A stretch of DNA of 64,000 nucleotides. Source: Selaginella moellendorffii (taxonomy: Eukaryota > Plantae > Lycopodiophyta). Positions 49,741 to 61,442 of the stretch are shown piece after piece (positions within the stretch are counted from its first letter, which is position 1; each line of letters opens with the position of its first letter). The notes under the pieces were generated by a model. The model was not told the DNA's origin, did no database searches, and saw only the letters and a program-made list of their open reading frames with translations. The stretch is from positions 472,011 through 536,010 of the forward strand of contig NW_003314324.1 of the NCBI RefSeq assembly GCF_000143415.4, read 5' to 3'. Both the position numbers and the translations under genes were made by a program.

Positions 49741-50292
49741 AGTAGATCTTCGTCTCGGGAAGTTATACGTCACTAGTGAAGGACCCCTTCCGATGGAGCT
49801 ATATAACTCTTTCGTTCGATCGAAGGGTGATGTCAGCTAGAACAGGAAGGAAAGGAACAGGGGAGCTGTGACGCAAAACTCCACTAGGCTGCTCCACTTT
49901 TCTTGCGGCTAAAGGGAATCAATCATCGCCATTTCTACACACAGCGAGGGGGGAATATCTCCAGAGGCCACTTAGAACTGTATCTGCTTGGAGGCTACCC
50001 TTGTGCTGTCTGACACCAAAGGGCTCATGCACACTTGATGATCCCTGGCTACCTTTGCCAGGACGGGGGTGCTAGGCAGCGGGGAAAGAGAAAAAAGAAA
50101 AGATCACGCACGTGAAGAAGATATGGTCATCGAGTCCTGGGACGAATTCGCGAGCTAAGGTGCAAGGAAAAATCGCCCTTTTGCTGCTCCGAGCTGCTGG
50201 GTCGAAGAATTTAAGGGCCTCGAGATTTTGAAGCTGGAACTTGCTGCTTGGAAGAGTTCATCGACTTAAGCTTGGAGAAACTGGAAGGAGCC

Positions 50293-50397
50293 ATCACTCA
50301 TCGACTGGAAAGCTGTGAGAAGATCATATCACTCATTGGTTGGAATCTGAGAAGATCATATCACTCATCGGTTGGAAATCTGTGAGAAGATCATATC
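50293..50397. repeat. Three ~35-bp tandem repeats upstream of the ATL gene
   Basis: atcactcat.g.tggaa..tgagaagatcat x3. Confidence 0.8.
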
Positions 50398-50478
50398 CGA
50401 AGATCACTGCTGCTGCCGCTGAGATCCCTGGCTGGTGCCGTGAATGCTGGTTATAGCAGAGATTTCTTGCTAGGATAT

Positions 50479-51105
50479 ATGGCAAGGCTGATGAAGCTCG
50501 TACCGGGGGAGGCGTCGCTGTATGCTTCTATCACACACACGCAAGCCGAGTCTCCAGCCGTGACTCTCACTTACGGTGGCTACATGCCTCTAACTCGAGC
50601 TACGAGCACTGGAGCCGTGAGTAGCAGTGAAAGTAATGGACTTAACATCGTCGCGGCGATTTTGGTGACCGCCTCCTCGATGATGATCCTGCTGGCTCTA
50701 CGTCTCTGGCTTTGCAAGTGCTCTCCTTCGCGGAGCTCTAGCCCCAATTCCTCGTCCTCAACGAGCAGCGATGGCTCCAAGAAGAAGGCCGGGGATGGAT
50801 TGGACAAGGAGGATATCAACAAGTTTGCACTCGTGGATTTCCAGGCGCTGGCGAGCAGCAAGTACGAGAAGACGTGCACGGTTTGCTTGTGCGAGTTCAC
50901 CTCCAAGGACGTCGCGATTCGACTCCTGCCGGGTTGCAATCACTCGTTTCATCCGGCTTGCATCGAAATGTGGCTCTTCTCTCACACTTCGTGCCCGATT
51001 TGCCGCAAGAGTTTGCTACCCCTGGCTATGGTGGCCAAGAGCTCGAGTTCTTCCATACAAGATCATGCGCAAGAAGAGCACCATCGAGGAGAGGAAGTTG
51101 TTTAA
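50479..51105 (+). CDS. ATL-family RING-H2 E3 ubiquitin ligase (start uncertain)
   Basis: TM helix, GLD motif, CTVCLCEF..LLPGCNHSFHPACIEMWL..CPICR. Confidence 0.92.
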   Translation: MARLMKLVPGEASLYASITHTQAESPAVTLTYGGYMPLTRATSTGAVSSSESNGLNIVAAILVTASSMMILLALRLWLCKCSPSRSSSPNSSSSTSSDGSKKKAGDGLDKEDINKFALVDFQALASSKYEKTCTVCLCEFTSKDVAIRLLPGCNHSFHPACIEMWLFSHTSCPICRKSLLPLAMVAKSSSSSIQDHAQEEHHRGEEVV

Positions 51106-51984
51106 AATGCAAGAGAAGAGCTTGCTTGGTCTCGCGGCTTTGTATTACTAGCGTTTCCTTCGATGGTGCTTGAGGAAGTGTGTGTGTGTGTGTATTTTTT
51201 TTTCCAAGACGACCAAAGTTGACGGATCACATACGTATCAAATCTCAAAAAGAAATCTCGTTTTGACTAAGTTCTTGGGTATACTTTGCGTGATGGAGGA
51301 ACAATTGGTTATAGAAAACAAACTTGAGTGCGTGCCACGCGAATCTCTCCACGTACCAAATGATGCAATCCAAAGTTTTGTTTTTCTTTTCTTTCCCAGA
51401 TATACACGCCTTTCTTTTTCTCTCGCTCCCACCGGATCAAAGATCACGCCACAGTTGTGAATCACAATAGGCGCAAACCTACAAATCTCTCGTCAGAAAC
51501 GCTGAAGAGATAATAGAGAGAACAATCTAGCTTGTGATCACGCGTGGGTGGCAAATTATTCCATTAGTTATTGGCGTGCAAGTGGCACGACAAGTGTTGT
51601 ACTTTATGATTCCCGCTTGCTTTTCCAACCCAACCAAACACACACTCACAATTTTTACAGTGATTTTCCAATCGATTTGCTGTTTGCTAGGTAGGAGTTC
51701 TCGATATCAACATTCTTTCGAACACCGTTGCTGGGCTGAAGGGGCCCAGACTTTTCCACACAGAGGACGAATCAAAACGTCGTTGGCTGTACCGCAAAGC
51801 TGTGGTCTCGTCCGTTTATCATTCATATCAGGGACTCCTCCTATCATTTTGCCACCCTCCCAGACAAATGCTGCTGCTAGATCATGAAAGTAATCGCGAA
51901 TGGTCAAAAAAAACCCGTGATGGTGTCGTAATGTATAAAGCTTGCCAGAAGGAGAACCACAGTAAAAGTATTTGATGCTAGCGA

Positions 51985-53763
51985 TCATATGCTGGACAAT
52001 AGCACATATGGGGCCGAATCTTGCGAGTCAAAGCCTCCCACCTTGGCGCTCGTCGGTCGTCCGTGAGTCCTGAAAGCGCTCAGCAGGATCGTGGAGCCGG
52101 CGTCCTGTGCTGGGAATGGCATGTCTTTGAGAAGTTCCTGGGCCTTTGCGACGAGCCCCGATCGCCCAAGAGCGTCCATCACGCAGTGGTAGTGGTGGAT
52201 CCCCGGCGTTATGTTGTGCTCCAAGATCATCGCGGAGAAGTATCGCTTGATTGTCTCCACGGAGCCCAGCCTGCTGCAAGCCGCGAGAACGCTCGAGAAT
52301 GAGACCTCATCGGGTCTCAAGCCCTCGCACTGCATCTCGCCAAACGTTTCCAGAGCTATTACAAAGTGCCCATTCTGGGCATATGCTTGGATCATTGCAT
52401 TCCATGACACCGTGTTTCTCAGAGGCATGGATTGGAAGCATCTGCTAGCAGCACTAAGAATTCCAGACTTACCACACGATGTGACTATAGAATTCCATGT
52501 AACCGAGTCTTTCCATCTAAGCTCATCAAACAAACTTTTAGTTTCAGAAACATAGCCTTGCTGGGCATAAGCCGCAATCATAGTGTTCCACGAAACAATG
52601 TCGTACTGTGGCATGCAATCAAACAGGCCTTTTGCTTGCTCGAAGTGTCCGTACTCGGCATAGCAACCCACTATGCTTGTCCAAGTTACTAAATCCCGCT
52701 CCACCATCTTATCAAACAAAGTGGTACATTCTTGGATATGCCCAAGCCGAGCGTATGCCTGAATTAACGTGTTCCACGCACAAAGATCCGGCTCCTTGAT
52801 GCCGTCAAAAACCTCCTCTGCTTTTGACAAGCTTCCGTTTTGAGCATATGCCTCCACCATGCACGTCCAAGATACCAGATTCCTCTGCGGCATCTTGTTA
52901 AACAGCCGCAAAGCATCCTTTAAGTAACCACGCTGCGCATAAGCGGCGATCATCAAATTCCAAGACGTGAGATCTCTCTCCGGCATTCGGTAGAACACTT
53001 CTATTGCGTGATCCAAGCAGCCATTCTTGAGATTCGCAGTTAAAAGTGCGTTCCAAGCAACAACATCGCGGTCGTCCATTCTCTCAAAGAGCCACTGAGA
53101 TTCTTGCAGATGCCCAGTCTCGGCATACGCCACCAGCATCGTTGTCCACGTCACCACGCTTCTCTCTGGCATCGACTCGAACATGCGACGTGCCTCTACC
53201 AAATGCCCGTGCTGTGCGTAGGCCTGCAAGAGAGCGTTCCAAGATACCAGTGTCCTCTCAGGCATATTCGCAAACAAGGAGCTAGACTCCTCAAGATTCC
53301 CTGTTGTGGCATATGCCGAAAGCACTGTCGTCCACGTCTGCACGTTCCTTTCAGGCATGCAATTGAAAATCTCCTCAACTTTCTTTATATCCCTTGTCTG
53401 CGAATATGCTTTAAGTATGGCATTCCACGTTACTACCTCCCTTTGTGGTACCTTTTGGAACAGTGCCCTTGCTTCTTCAAGATGCCCATTCCTGGCATAT
53501 GCCTCGATGATGATATTCCAGGAATATAGATTGGGAGACGGCAGGGATTCGAACACGCGTAAGGCGTGATCCAAGCTCCCGCATTTGCCGTACATCTCGA
53601 TGAGGAGATTGGAGATGTACGTGTTGTGGATCTGCCCTCCTTTGCGAATGCGAGAGTGGAGTCTTTTGGCCTGGGAGAGCTCTTTGGCGTCTCCACACGA
53701 CTTCACTTTGCGAACCAGTGAGACGAGATCATCGTGTTGGACACTGCGTGATCCATAACTCAT
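51985..53763 (-). CDS. PLS-class PPR protein (E-type, no DYW)
   Basis: Intronless tandem 31-aa repeats; HYHCVMDALGRSG; start taken at MSYGSR. Confidence 0.92.
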   Translation of the reverse strand: MSYGSRSVQHDDLVSLVRKVKSCGDAKELSQAKRLHSRIRKGGQIHNTYISNLLIEMYGKCGSLDHALRVFESLPSPNLYSWNIIIEAYARNGHLEEARALFQKVPQREVVTWNAILKAYSQTRDIKKVEEIFNCMPERNVQTWTTVLSAYATTGNLEESSSLFANMPERTLVSWNALLQAYAQHGHLVEARRMFESMPERSVVTWTTMLVAYAETGHLQESQWLFERMDDRDVVAWNALLTANLKNGCLDHAIEVFYRMPERDLTSWNLMIAAYAQRGYLKDALRLFNKMPQRNLVSWTCMVEAYAQNGSLSKAEEVFDGIKEPDLCAWNTLIQAYARLGHIQECTTLFDKMVERDLVTWTSIVGCYAEYGHFEQAKGLFDCMPQYDIVSWNTMIAAYAQQGYVSETKSLFDELRWKDSVTWNSIVTSCGKSGILSAASRCFQSMPLRNTVSWNAMIQAYAQNGHFVIALETFGEMQCEGLRPDEVSFSSVLAACSRLGSVETIKRYFSAMILEHNITPGIHHYHCVMDALGRSGLVAKAQELLKDMPFPAQDAGSTILLSAFRTHGRPTSAKVGGFDSQDSAPYVLLSSI

Positions 53764-53840
53764 GGCATCATGAAACTCCGCAAACTTCCATGTATTTACA
53801 AACTTAGCACAAAAACTATAAAAAAAACCCAAACCGTTTG

Positions 53841-55198
53841 CTAGATGCAAGCTCCAGCGCAGTTTACCAGGTCTCGCAGATGGCTCGACGCCAGATCTTC
53901 GTTCCCCTGCGAAAAAGAAGAATTTTTCATGAGCCTGGACCGAGTTTATCATTGACATACCTCCCAGTCGATCGCATGAAGGTTCAACTCATACGTTACC
54001 CTTCCAGCAGACGCCTCCATCTCCGCGCGATTGGCGACCATAAACTTCCACTGCGTTTCCTTGCCTCGAATTATGGTCACTCTGCGATGCTCGACGTTGC
54101 AAACGCTGAAGCGCTTTGCAAAGGAGTCGCGACCCAGTGGCCAACGCAAACCGCCCTTGACAGTGTCGTCTACAACAGCAGCGCTGGCCAGTGCTTCATA
54201 GGCAGCTCTCTCCTCGTCCTGTTTCTAGGAAAACTTAGCTCTCGATCAACAGCAAAGGAAGACTTAACTGGAACGTCGGTAAGCAGCGTCTCAGAGTAGA
54301 CTGCGATACGCAAGTCCGTTTTGCGTCCTACGCACAGATAATCAGACACAAGATGCCTTAATGGATCAAGCTTGAGCTGCTCAGGTTTCAATGATTATCA
54401 CCCAGAAATCTGGCGAAAGAGCAATACCTTCTTCAAGACTAGAGAATGCTCGCTTTCATGAGCTCGCTCGCACACACACCTGACAAGGTAACGAGGACGA
54501 TCAATGTCCTTCACCTGTGAGCAAGCGATCAAGCGCAAGCAAGTCTATGGAAAGTAGTTACCTTGAAGTGGTAGCGTTCGCAAGTGGTGACTTCCACAGC
54601 CTCTTGTTGTAGAGCAAGGTGCTCAAACTGGTGGAAAAGTTCTGGCGCTATTGCTGTGTGGAAGGTCCTCCTAAGCCTTGAGGATTCCTCCTCAAGATAT
54701 CCTGGACTGAAGCTTTGGACCTGTTGGGTATCTTTTCGGAACACAATCGTTCCAAGTCGCAAAACCATCTTGAGCTTGCCTCGTGAATCGTGCACGCTCG
54801 AAGCTGCAAGCGACCCTGCCCTGCCTCGCGTCGCTGTCATAACATCCAGAGAGAGGGACTCTATTCCAATGTTCTCAGCCAGAGATCCATTGGTGTTTCC
54901 TGGCACCAAAACAGAACTTTGAGTGAGCTATCAAATGATATTCTTCGATCGTACCTGGATGATCGCCGTCGTCCACAACAGTGACAATGTACTGCTGCTT
55001 ACCATCCAGATGAGCGTAGGTCTCCCCTTGAAAAACCTGGAATTCGAGGCGCGCCTCGCCGGAGAGGACATGAAACTGTAAAATGCAGCTAGCAGCTTCC
55101 CTGATCACCGGAAATGGAACGGTGATCCTCCGCCCGCCCAGCGCCTGGGGCGATCGCTTGGCCTCCCCGAGGCGCCTGTGAGGAGGAACGTAAGGCAT
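53841..55198 (-). CDS. Conserved plant protein of unknown function (MPYVPPHRR start; multi-exon)
   Basis: N-terminal YxPPHxR motif. Spliceable exons (RLGTIVF, RHLVSD..DLRI). Last exon GNEDLASSHL..CI*. Confidence 0.7.
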
Positions 55199-55278
55199 AT
55201 TAAACCCTAATAGAGCATCCCTATCTTGGGGCACTTTCAAAATTTCGCGCGCTTTATTGTAATGACGTGACAAATCTT

Positions 55279-55972
55279 TTAGTCGTCGTCTTTAAATTCC
55301 CTGGAATGGCGAGAAGATCATAGATTTAGCACTCAAATTCGCACGAATCGAGAGGGCAGACCTTCGATCCAAGAAACGAGGTTGAATTCCAGTCCCCTGG
55401 CAAGTGGTGCAAGTGATCGATCCAGCGCCATCGCAGTTCACGCACTTGGATTTCTCCGACTCGCCGGATCCCAGCGCGATGGCGATGCTACCGCTGCCTA
55501 CACAGAACCGGCAAGTTTCTTCTCGATGGAATCCATCCACCCAGGGCCATTGATCGAGAGGAATTCTCAGTGATCGCGAATTCAAGGGAGAAATGGATCG
55601 AAAAGCTTACGTGATCCTGTTCCACTGCAAGGGAAGCATGGCTGATCGTTTATTCGTTTCTCGGCCCCTTTCACTTGGGTCTCGTAAAAGACCGGGATCC
55701 CAATTCCCACAGCGATTCCTGCCAATCCCACGCCCACTGCCAGCAGCTGGAAGCCGAGAAATCGATCCAATTTCGCCGTGGATTCGATGAAGATAGAGCA
55801 AATGTGGGTCGAAAATTCCAGAGGAAGAACTTACCGTGTCTTGATCCAATTCCAGCGCCCTTATGGGAGCGAGGATCCTCCGGCGATTCCTTCCAGGAAT
55901 ATTCTTCTTGTGCGCTCTGCTTAGTGACGATGGCAGCGAGAGGGACGCCGGAGTGTAGCTTACAGTCGCCAT
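55279..55972 (-). CDS. LQY1: Thylakoid DnaJ-like Zn-finger protein disulfide isomerase LQY1
   Basis: Transit peptide, TM GIAVGIGIPVFYETQ, four CxxCxGxG motifs, C-terminus QPRFLDRREFKDDD. Confidence 0.93.
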
Positions 55973-56003
55973 AGCCGGATTGAGCGCCGGCGGCCAGATC
56001 ACA

Positions 56004-56013
56004 GCCACGTGGC
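56004..56013. promoter_or_regulatory. Palindromic G-box GCCACGTGGC in the 95-nt LQY1/PPR divergent gap
   Basis: Exact motif between the two start codons. Confidence 0.5.
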
Positions 56014-56067
56014 CTATGGATTGGCACGATACTTTATGCTGACGTGACGATTTCGCGACCGTCCGAT

Positions 56068-58356
56068 ATGGAGCGAATTCAAACTGTGGCTCCGCCACTG
56101 AAGAACGAGGACGCGATCAAGGATCGCCGCGAGGAGCTGTGCCTGGAGCTTAAGATCTGCGACAATCTCGAGCGCGGCAAGAGGATCCACTCGATCATCT
56201 CCGGCAGCGAGCATCACCGGCGCGACAAGCTCCTGGCCAATTTCCTGATCCACATGTATGGGCGCTGCGGCAGCGTGGAGGGCGCTCGCGCGGTCTTTGA
56301 TTCCATCCCGGAGCCCAATGTCTTCTCCTGGAACATGATCATCCAGGCGTATGCCCGCAACCGGCATATAGATTCGGCGCGAGCGCTCTTCGAGAGAGCC
56401 CCGCAAACCGATGTTCTCACCTGGAATTCCATGATCGCCTCGTATGCCCAGGAGGGAAAACTCACAGAATCGAAGAACCTTTTTGATCGGATGCCCGAGA
56501 AGAACGTCGTCTCTTGGAATTCGATCTTACAAGCATATGCCCAAAACCAGCAACTTACCAAAGCTCAGACCATCTTTGAGACAATGCCCGAATGGAACGT
56601 TGTTTCGTGGAACACTTTAATCTTAGCATATGCCCAACATGGGCATTTGCATAAAGCTCAGTTCTTGTTTGAAAATCTAGAATTTGCAAACTCAATCTCG
56701 TGGAATACTATACTATCGGGATATCTACAAGCTGGAGATTTCACTAAAGCTAAAGAACTGTTTGATCGAATGCCCTTGCCAGATATTGTGTCGTGGAACA
56801 CTTTGGTATGGGCATTTGCCCAAGCTGGGCTTTTTGGTATAGCTTTTAGTTTGTTTAGGCAGATGCCCGGATGGGATTCTGTGACGTGGACGGCCCTGAT
56901 TCAAAGTAGCGGCCATTACCAAAACTGGGATGGAATTCGTTACCTGTATGATAGAATGCCAAAGGAAGACATGGCAGTGTGGAATTCGCTATTACTGGCT
57001 TATGCCCACAATGGGCATTTTGTTGGAGCGCATAAGGTATTTCACGAAATGCCGCGATGGAGCCTAACTTCTTGGAACTCAATGGTAATTCTCTATGGTA
57101 ACTCTGGCGAGTTTGACTCCGCCGAGGGCTTTGTTTCTATGATGCCTCAGAGGGACATAGTGACGTGGACAGTGCTGCTGGCGGCATATGCCCAAGCTGG
57201 GCGTACGGAATGCGCCAGGCGCGTGTATGAGTTTATGCCCGAGCACAATGTGGTCAGCTGGAACGCGATGATCCAAGCGTACGGACTTAATGGATCCTTA
57301 GAGAACGCCAGGAGCTTGTTTCACGACACAATGCGAGACAAGGACATTGTCTCTTTCACTTCTATGATCCAAGCTTACGCGCAGAACAACGATCTCGAGG
57401 CCGCCGTACGAACGTTTGAGAGAATGCCGTTCTGGGACGTTGTCGCCTGGACGACCATGATCACCGTTTACGCTCAGTATGGAGATTTGGAGTCGGCAAT
57501 AGACGTGTTTAACTCGATGCCACAGAGGAACTTAGTGACTTGGACGGCTATGATCCAAGCTTATTGCTCCAGAGGCCATTTGGAGGAGGCCAAGAGTTTG
57601 ATGGACAAGCTTCCAGTGTGGAGCATCACACTGGGTAATGTTTTGCTGCAAGCATATGCCCAGAATGGTTATACAGAGCTCACAAGACAAGTCTTTGATG
57701 CCATGCCCAAAAAGGATATAGTCACCTGGACGAGCATGCTGTCGGCTCACGCTCAAAACATGGAGCTCTTGGAAGCCGAGAAGCTCTTCTCTGAGATGCC
57801 GGAGTGGAGCTCCACAGTTTGGAACGCGTTGCTGGCCGCTTATGCTCGCAATGGAAAGCTGGAAAAAGTGAGAAGAACGTTTGAGATGGTACCGGAGAAG
57901 GAGATTGCTACCTGGAGTGCGGCTATCTCGGCTTGCGCGCACTTGGGCGATGGAAGACAAGCGATCGAGCTGTTCAAGAGGGTCGAGAACGAAGGCCTCC
58001 GAGTGACCGAGGTGTCGGTGACGAGCGCGTTGGTGGCTTGTAGGCACCTTGGTTTGCTCGAGGAAAGCTGCAAGTACTTCGTTTCGATGCTGTATGACCG
58101 TGACATAGTGGCTGGCAGCGAGCACTACTGCTCCATGGTTGACATACTTGGTCGCTTGGGAGAACTCGAGAAGGCTGAGGACTTGATCGAAAACATGCCG
58201 TTTGAGCCTGTTGCGAGTGCCTGGGGGAGCCTCCTTGCATCGTGCAGGACTCATTGTGACGTAGAGCGTGCTAAAACAGCGGCCAAGAATCTCTCCAAGT
58301 TGAATCCTAAAAACGCTGCAGCGCTTCTGATGTTGAAGAACATCCAGTTCGAGTGA
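56068..58356 (+). CDS. PLS-class PPR protein (E-type, no DYW)
   Basis: Intronless ~762 aa; HYCSMVDILGRLG..MPFEP..WGSLLASCRTH. Confidence 0.94.
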   Translation: MERIQTVAPPLKNEDAIKDRREELCLELKICDNLERGKRIHSIISGSEHHRRDKLLANFLIHMYGRCGSVEGARAVFDSIPEPNVFSWNMIIQAYARNRHIDSARALFERAPQTDVLTWNSMIASYAQEGKLTESKNLFDRMPEKNVVSWNSILQAYAQNQQLTKAQTIFETMPEWNVVSWNTLILAYAQHGHLHKAQFLFENLEFANSISWNTILSGYLQAGDFTKAKELFDRMPLPDIVSWNTLVWAFAQAGLFGIAFSLFRQMPGWDSVTWTALIQSSGHYQNWDGIRYLYDRMPKEDMAVWNSLLLAYAHNGHFVGAHKVFHEMPRWSLTSWNSMVILYGNSGEFDSAEGFVSMMPQRDIVTWTVLLAAYAQAGRTECARRVYEFMPEHNVVSWNAMIQAYGLNGSLENARSLFHDTMRDKDIVSFTSMIQAYAQNNDLEAAVRTFERMPFWDVVAWTTMITVYAQYGDLESAIDVFNSMPQRNLVTWTAMIQAYCSRGHLEEAKSLMDKLPVWSITLGNVLLQAYAQNGYTELTRQVFDAMPKKDIVTWTSMLSAHAQNMELLEAEKLFSEMPEWSSTVWNALLAAYARNGKLEKVRRTFEMVPEKEIATWSAAISACAHLGDGRQAIELFKRVENEGLRVTEVSVTSALVACRHLGLLEESCKYFVSMLYDRDIVAGSEHYCSMVDILGRLGELEKAEDLIENMPFEPVASAWGSLLASCRTHCDVERAKTAAKNLSKLNPKNAAALLMLKNIQFE

Positions 58357-58374
58357 AACAAGAAAACACTTATC

Positions 58375-59563
58375 TCACTGACTTTGAAGGGTTTCGAGTG
58401 TAGCATCTAGCTTCTGGCCAAGTGTAGTGATCCAGATCTGTACAGCAAACACTGAGAGTAAAAAATGCATCGATTGTTTTTCTACCTGGTCGAGAGGAGA
58501 GAAGCCTCGGATAGTATCGCCCGCCAGTATCAAAACACCAGAGTCTCCCAAAGGTTGGATTATGACAGACTGAAACCAAGTGCTGCATTTCAATCGCCTG
58601 CTAGAAAAGTTGCGTACCTGGGTGTTTTGAGGCAGGAAAGGGAGTTCATAGCGACCCGGGTACAAAGAAAGGTTGGCCAAATATGATTCTAGTCAAAACT
58701 TTGGTGAGAAAAACGAATGACACAGTTTCGCATCTGAAACTCACGTTTACCACTGGCTAGAGCAGCCGTGCATAAAGTTCCTCTCATGACACTGAGCCCA
58801 TCGATTTTGTAGGCGTCACCTTCCTGATCCGCAGCTATTCCCGCTTGAAAGACGCATCGCATCTTATATAACACAACAAAAGACTTGCAGCAAGTAGTCT
58901 TGCTCATTGTCTCCCAGGCCCTGCCAAACGCACTCGCTAGTCAAGAAACAAATCGCGAAGAAACAAAAATGTACCATACAAGCTCCGCTTTCGCTTCTTC
59001 AGACGATAAATACACCCTCATGCATTGTACTCCTTCCAACTCTACCTGAAAGGACATAGATGATGAAACACTCTTTTGCAGTGGAATGACTTCTTACAGG
59101 CTTGAAGCGTCTTGGTTGAATAGAGCTCCAGACGAGTCCAGCGAGAAGCACAGTAGCAGCCAGGGCAACCACTAAAACATCCGCCCTCGATTGAGAACTG
59201 TTGTCCAGGACATTTCTCAGAGCTTTAGAAGACAAGTAACGTCTTACCTGCTTGCATCTGCGACGAGAGGAACACCAGAAAGTGTTCGATTCAAGAATAC
59301 GAATCCAAACGAGCCAACTCCAATCGTCACAGGTACGGCTCGCACGAATGCCAAGTTTCTGGAAAACCAATCCTCGCTAGTTTCAAAGCCACCGCCTCGT
59401 TTTTGGAAAGAACACCTGGTCTGGAACATAAAGTCATGAAGAACAATAGAAAAACAAATAAGAAGCTCACCTGAGAGTTTCTGAACGGCGTTCTGGAAAC
59501 AGCAAAGCGAGATAGAGAACCACATTTGCTACGAACGAAGAACACTGCATTTGCCATGGCCAT
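58375..59563 (-). CDS. CCB4: Cofactor assembly of complex C subunit B (cytochrome b6 heme ci), CCB4-type
   Basis: LNRTLSG..VADASSSQSRADVL, ANLSLYPGRYELPFLPQNTQ, QPLG..DTIRGF. Confidence 0.88.
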
Positions 59564-59617
59564 CTCAATTGGAGAACCCTATCTTAGTTCTATTAAGCAT
59601 AACCGGTGTCTAGAAAT

Positions 59618-61442
59618 TCACTCCACCCATAGCAAGGATCCTGCAATAAGTATATTGCTTGGAAGAGGCCCAGGGCAGGGAGCAACATACGTAAGTTTCT
59701 TCCTGTAAGAAAAAGTAAGCAAAAATTGAAATAAGAAGAAGAGCTTTACCTGTTAAGATCTACTTCAGTGACGTAGACAAATCCGGCAACGTTACTGCAA
59801 GCAAACACCGGTGAGCAATTGATTCACAAACAAAAACACGATCATACCATGCAAGGACTTGATCTGGATCTTTGCTGTAGGAAACTCCAAGTACTGCGTG
59901 GACAAGGTCTCGGTTAATGCTAACAGGGACAACTCTGGTAGGATCCGCGGTAGGCTCGGCACCGATGGGAAGAGCGGAACGAGGAGCCTGAGGCCCGCCA
60001 CCAATGCGGACGACTTGGATGTCTTGAAAGTTCACAACGGAGGCATGAGGTGATAGTTCATTCCATCGACCATAGAAGTAGTTCTGCAAAACCAAAAAAA
60101 CAAGTAATCCGTTTCCAAGGAGGAGGAAAAATAAATAAAACCTTTGTTCGCGTGAAACGACTTTGCTGCCTGTACTTCTGGTTGCGAGCCACCACACCAC
60201 CGGACTTTTGAAGCTTGACAACATCTACGCCAGGCTTTAATCTCAAATAATCATGCAGCATACTGTACACTTTCTCCTGCAAAAAGAGGAGTGTCACAAT
60301 GACAATAAAGCATGAACTAGATCATCGTACCTGGCCCAAAACCAAAATGACATTAGCATTTAATGCCTCGATGGAATGTAGAAGCAGCTGAATAGAAAGG
60401 AAAAACTCAGTCATAGCTCTTTGAGGATGAAAACACAACCTCATAACCAACACCATCGACCCAGCCCATGGTGTTGATAACCATTCCAGAAGAGCGAGTT
60501 GCTATGTTCGATGCAAACTGTAGATCCAGTTGATGCGCGAGTTCTTTCACCAGAATTTTATACAATTCAGTGTTTATGCTGGACGAGAAAAGTAGCTTGT
60601 CGGTGCTCACACCATTTGCAACTGAAAAAACTTCAAAGTACCTGGGAGTGGTGTGACCATAAAAGTAAACAAGAGGGACATCCAGAATTATCCCTTCCAC
60701 GGGATCAACAGGCGTCTCGACGGGAGTTGCAGCGATTGCTCCCGAGAGCGTGATAGATCCTTGACCAATATCGAGGTCGACGTACATTGGTTTCCATTGC
60801 TGACGAGCAGCCCAGCCAAGGAGCATCTTTGTAAGACTGCTCTTTCCAGAATCAGTCGGGCCGACAACCATCACTCTCGGTCCCTGTTTGTTTCCGATTG
60901 CTAAAACGTATTCGGAAAAGAACGAAGAAGAAGAAAAGTTCTTGCTTCTTACCTGCGTGAGTGGATTTGGAATCTCGCCTGGAGCGTTGTGAAGAGAAAT
61001 TGCTGCTTCGCGAGCTCTCCTGCGCCTGTTTTCAAGCACCGCATGAACATTGACGTAGCTCACCATCGGTGTCTGAAAGAAAAAAAAAATCAGCACTATA
61101 GAAGAAGAAATAGAGATTAATTTACCTCATCAGCGACATAGGCAACCTCTGATACGCCATCGAGCTCCAGAAGCGCACCACCCCACGTAAAAACCTGCTC
61201 AAACATCCCTCCTTACTTACTGAAAGAAGAATAGACGAGAAACTCACAGCAAATTTTTGTGAGGGAGAGAAAGTGAGCCAGTACTGTGGAGGGAGCTCGG
61301 TGCCGAAAATCTCCGCCGTGCCAGCCACGAGCTGCATCCTGAGCGGCCCATCGACGCCTACCTCGACGCGCAGCTCGCTCTCCTTGCGGAGCTCAAATCT
61401 CCGCACCGCATCGCCAGGCGCGAGATTGCCATCGGAAGACAT
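59618..61442 (-). CDS. CLP1: CLP1 polyribonucleotide 5'-hydroxyl kinase / pre-mRNA 3'-end factor (multi-exon)
   Basis: ELRVEV, GTAEIFGTEL, P-loop GPTDSGKS, DLDIGQG, INTMGWV, KSGGVV. Confidence 0.95.

Noticed and set aside
49780-50290. Possible miRNA hairpin or conserved uORF upstream of the ATL gene
   Set aside because: No long stem or known miRNA sequence recognisable by eye.
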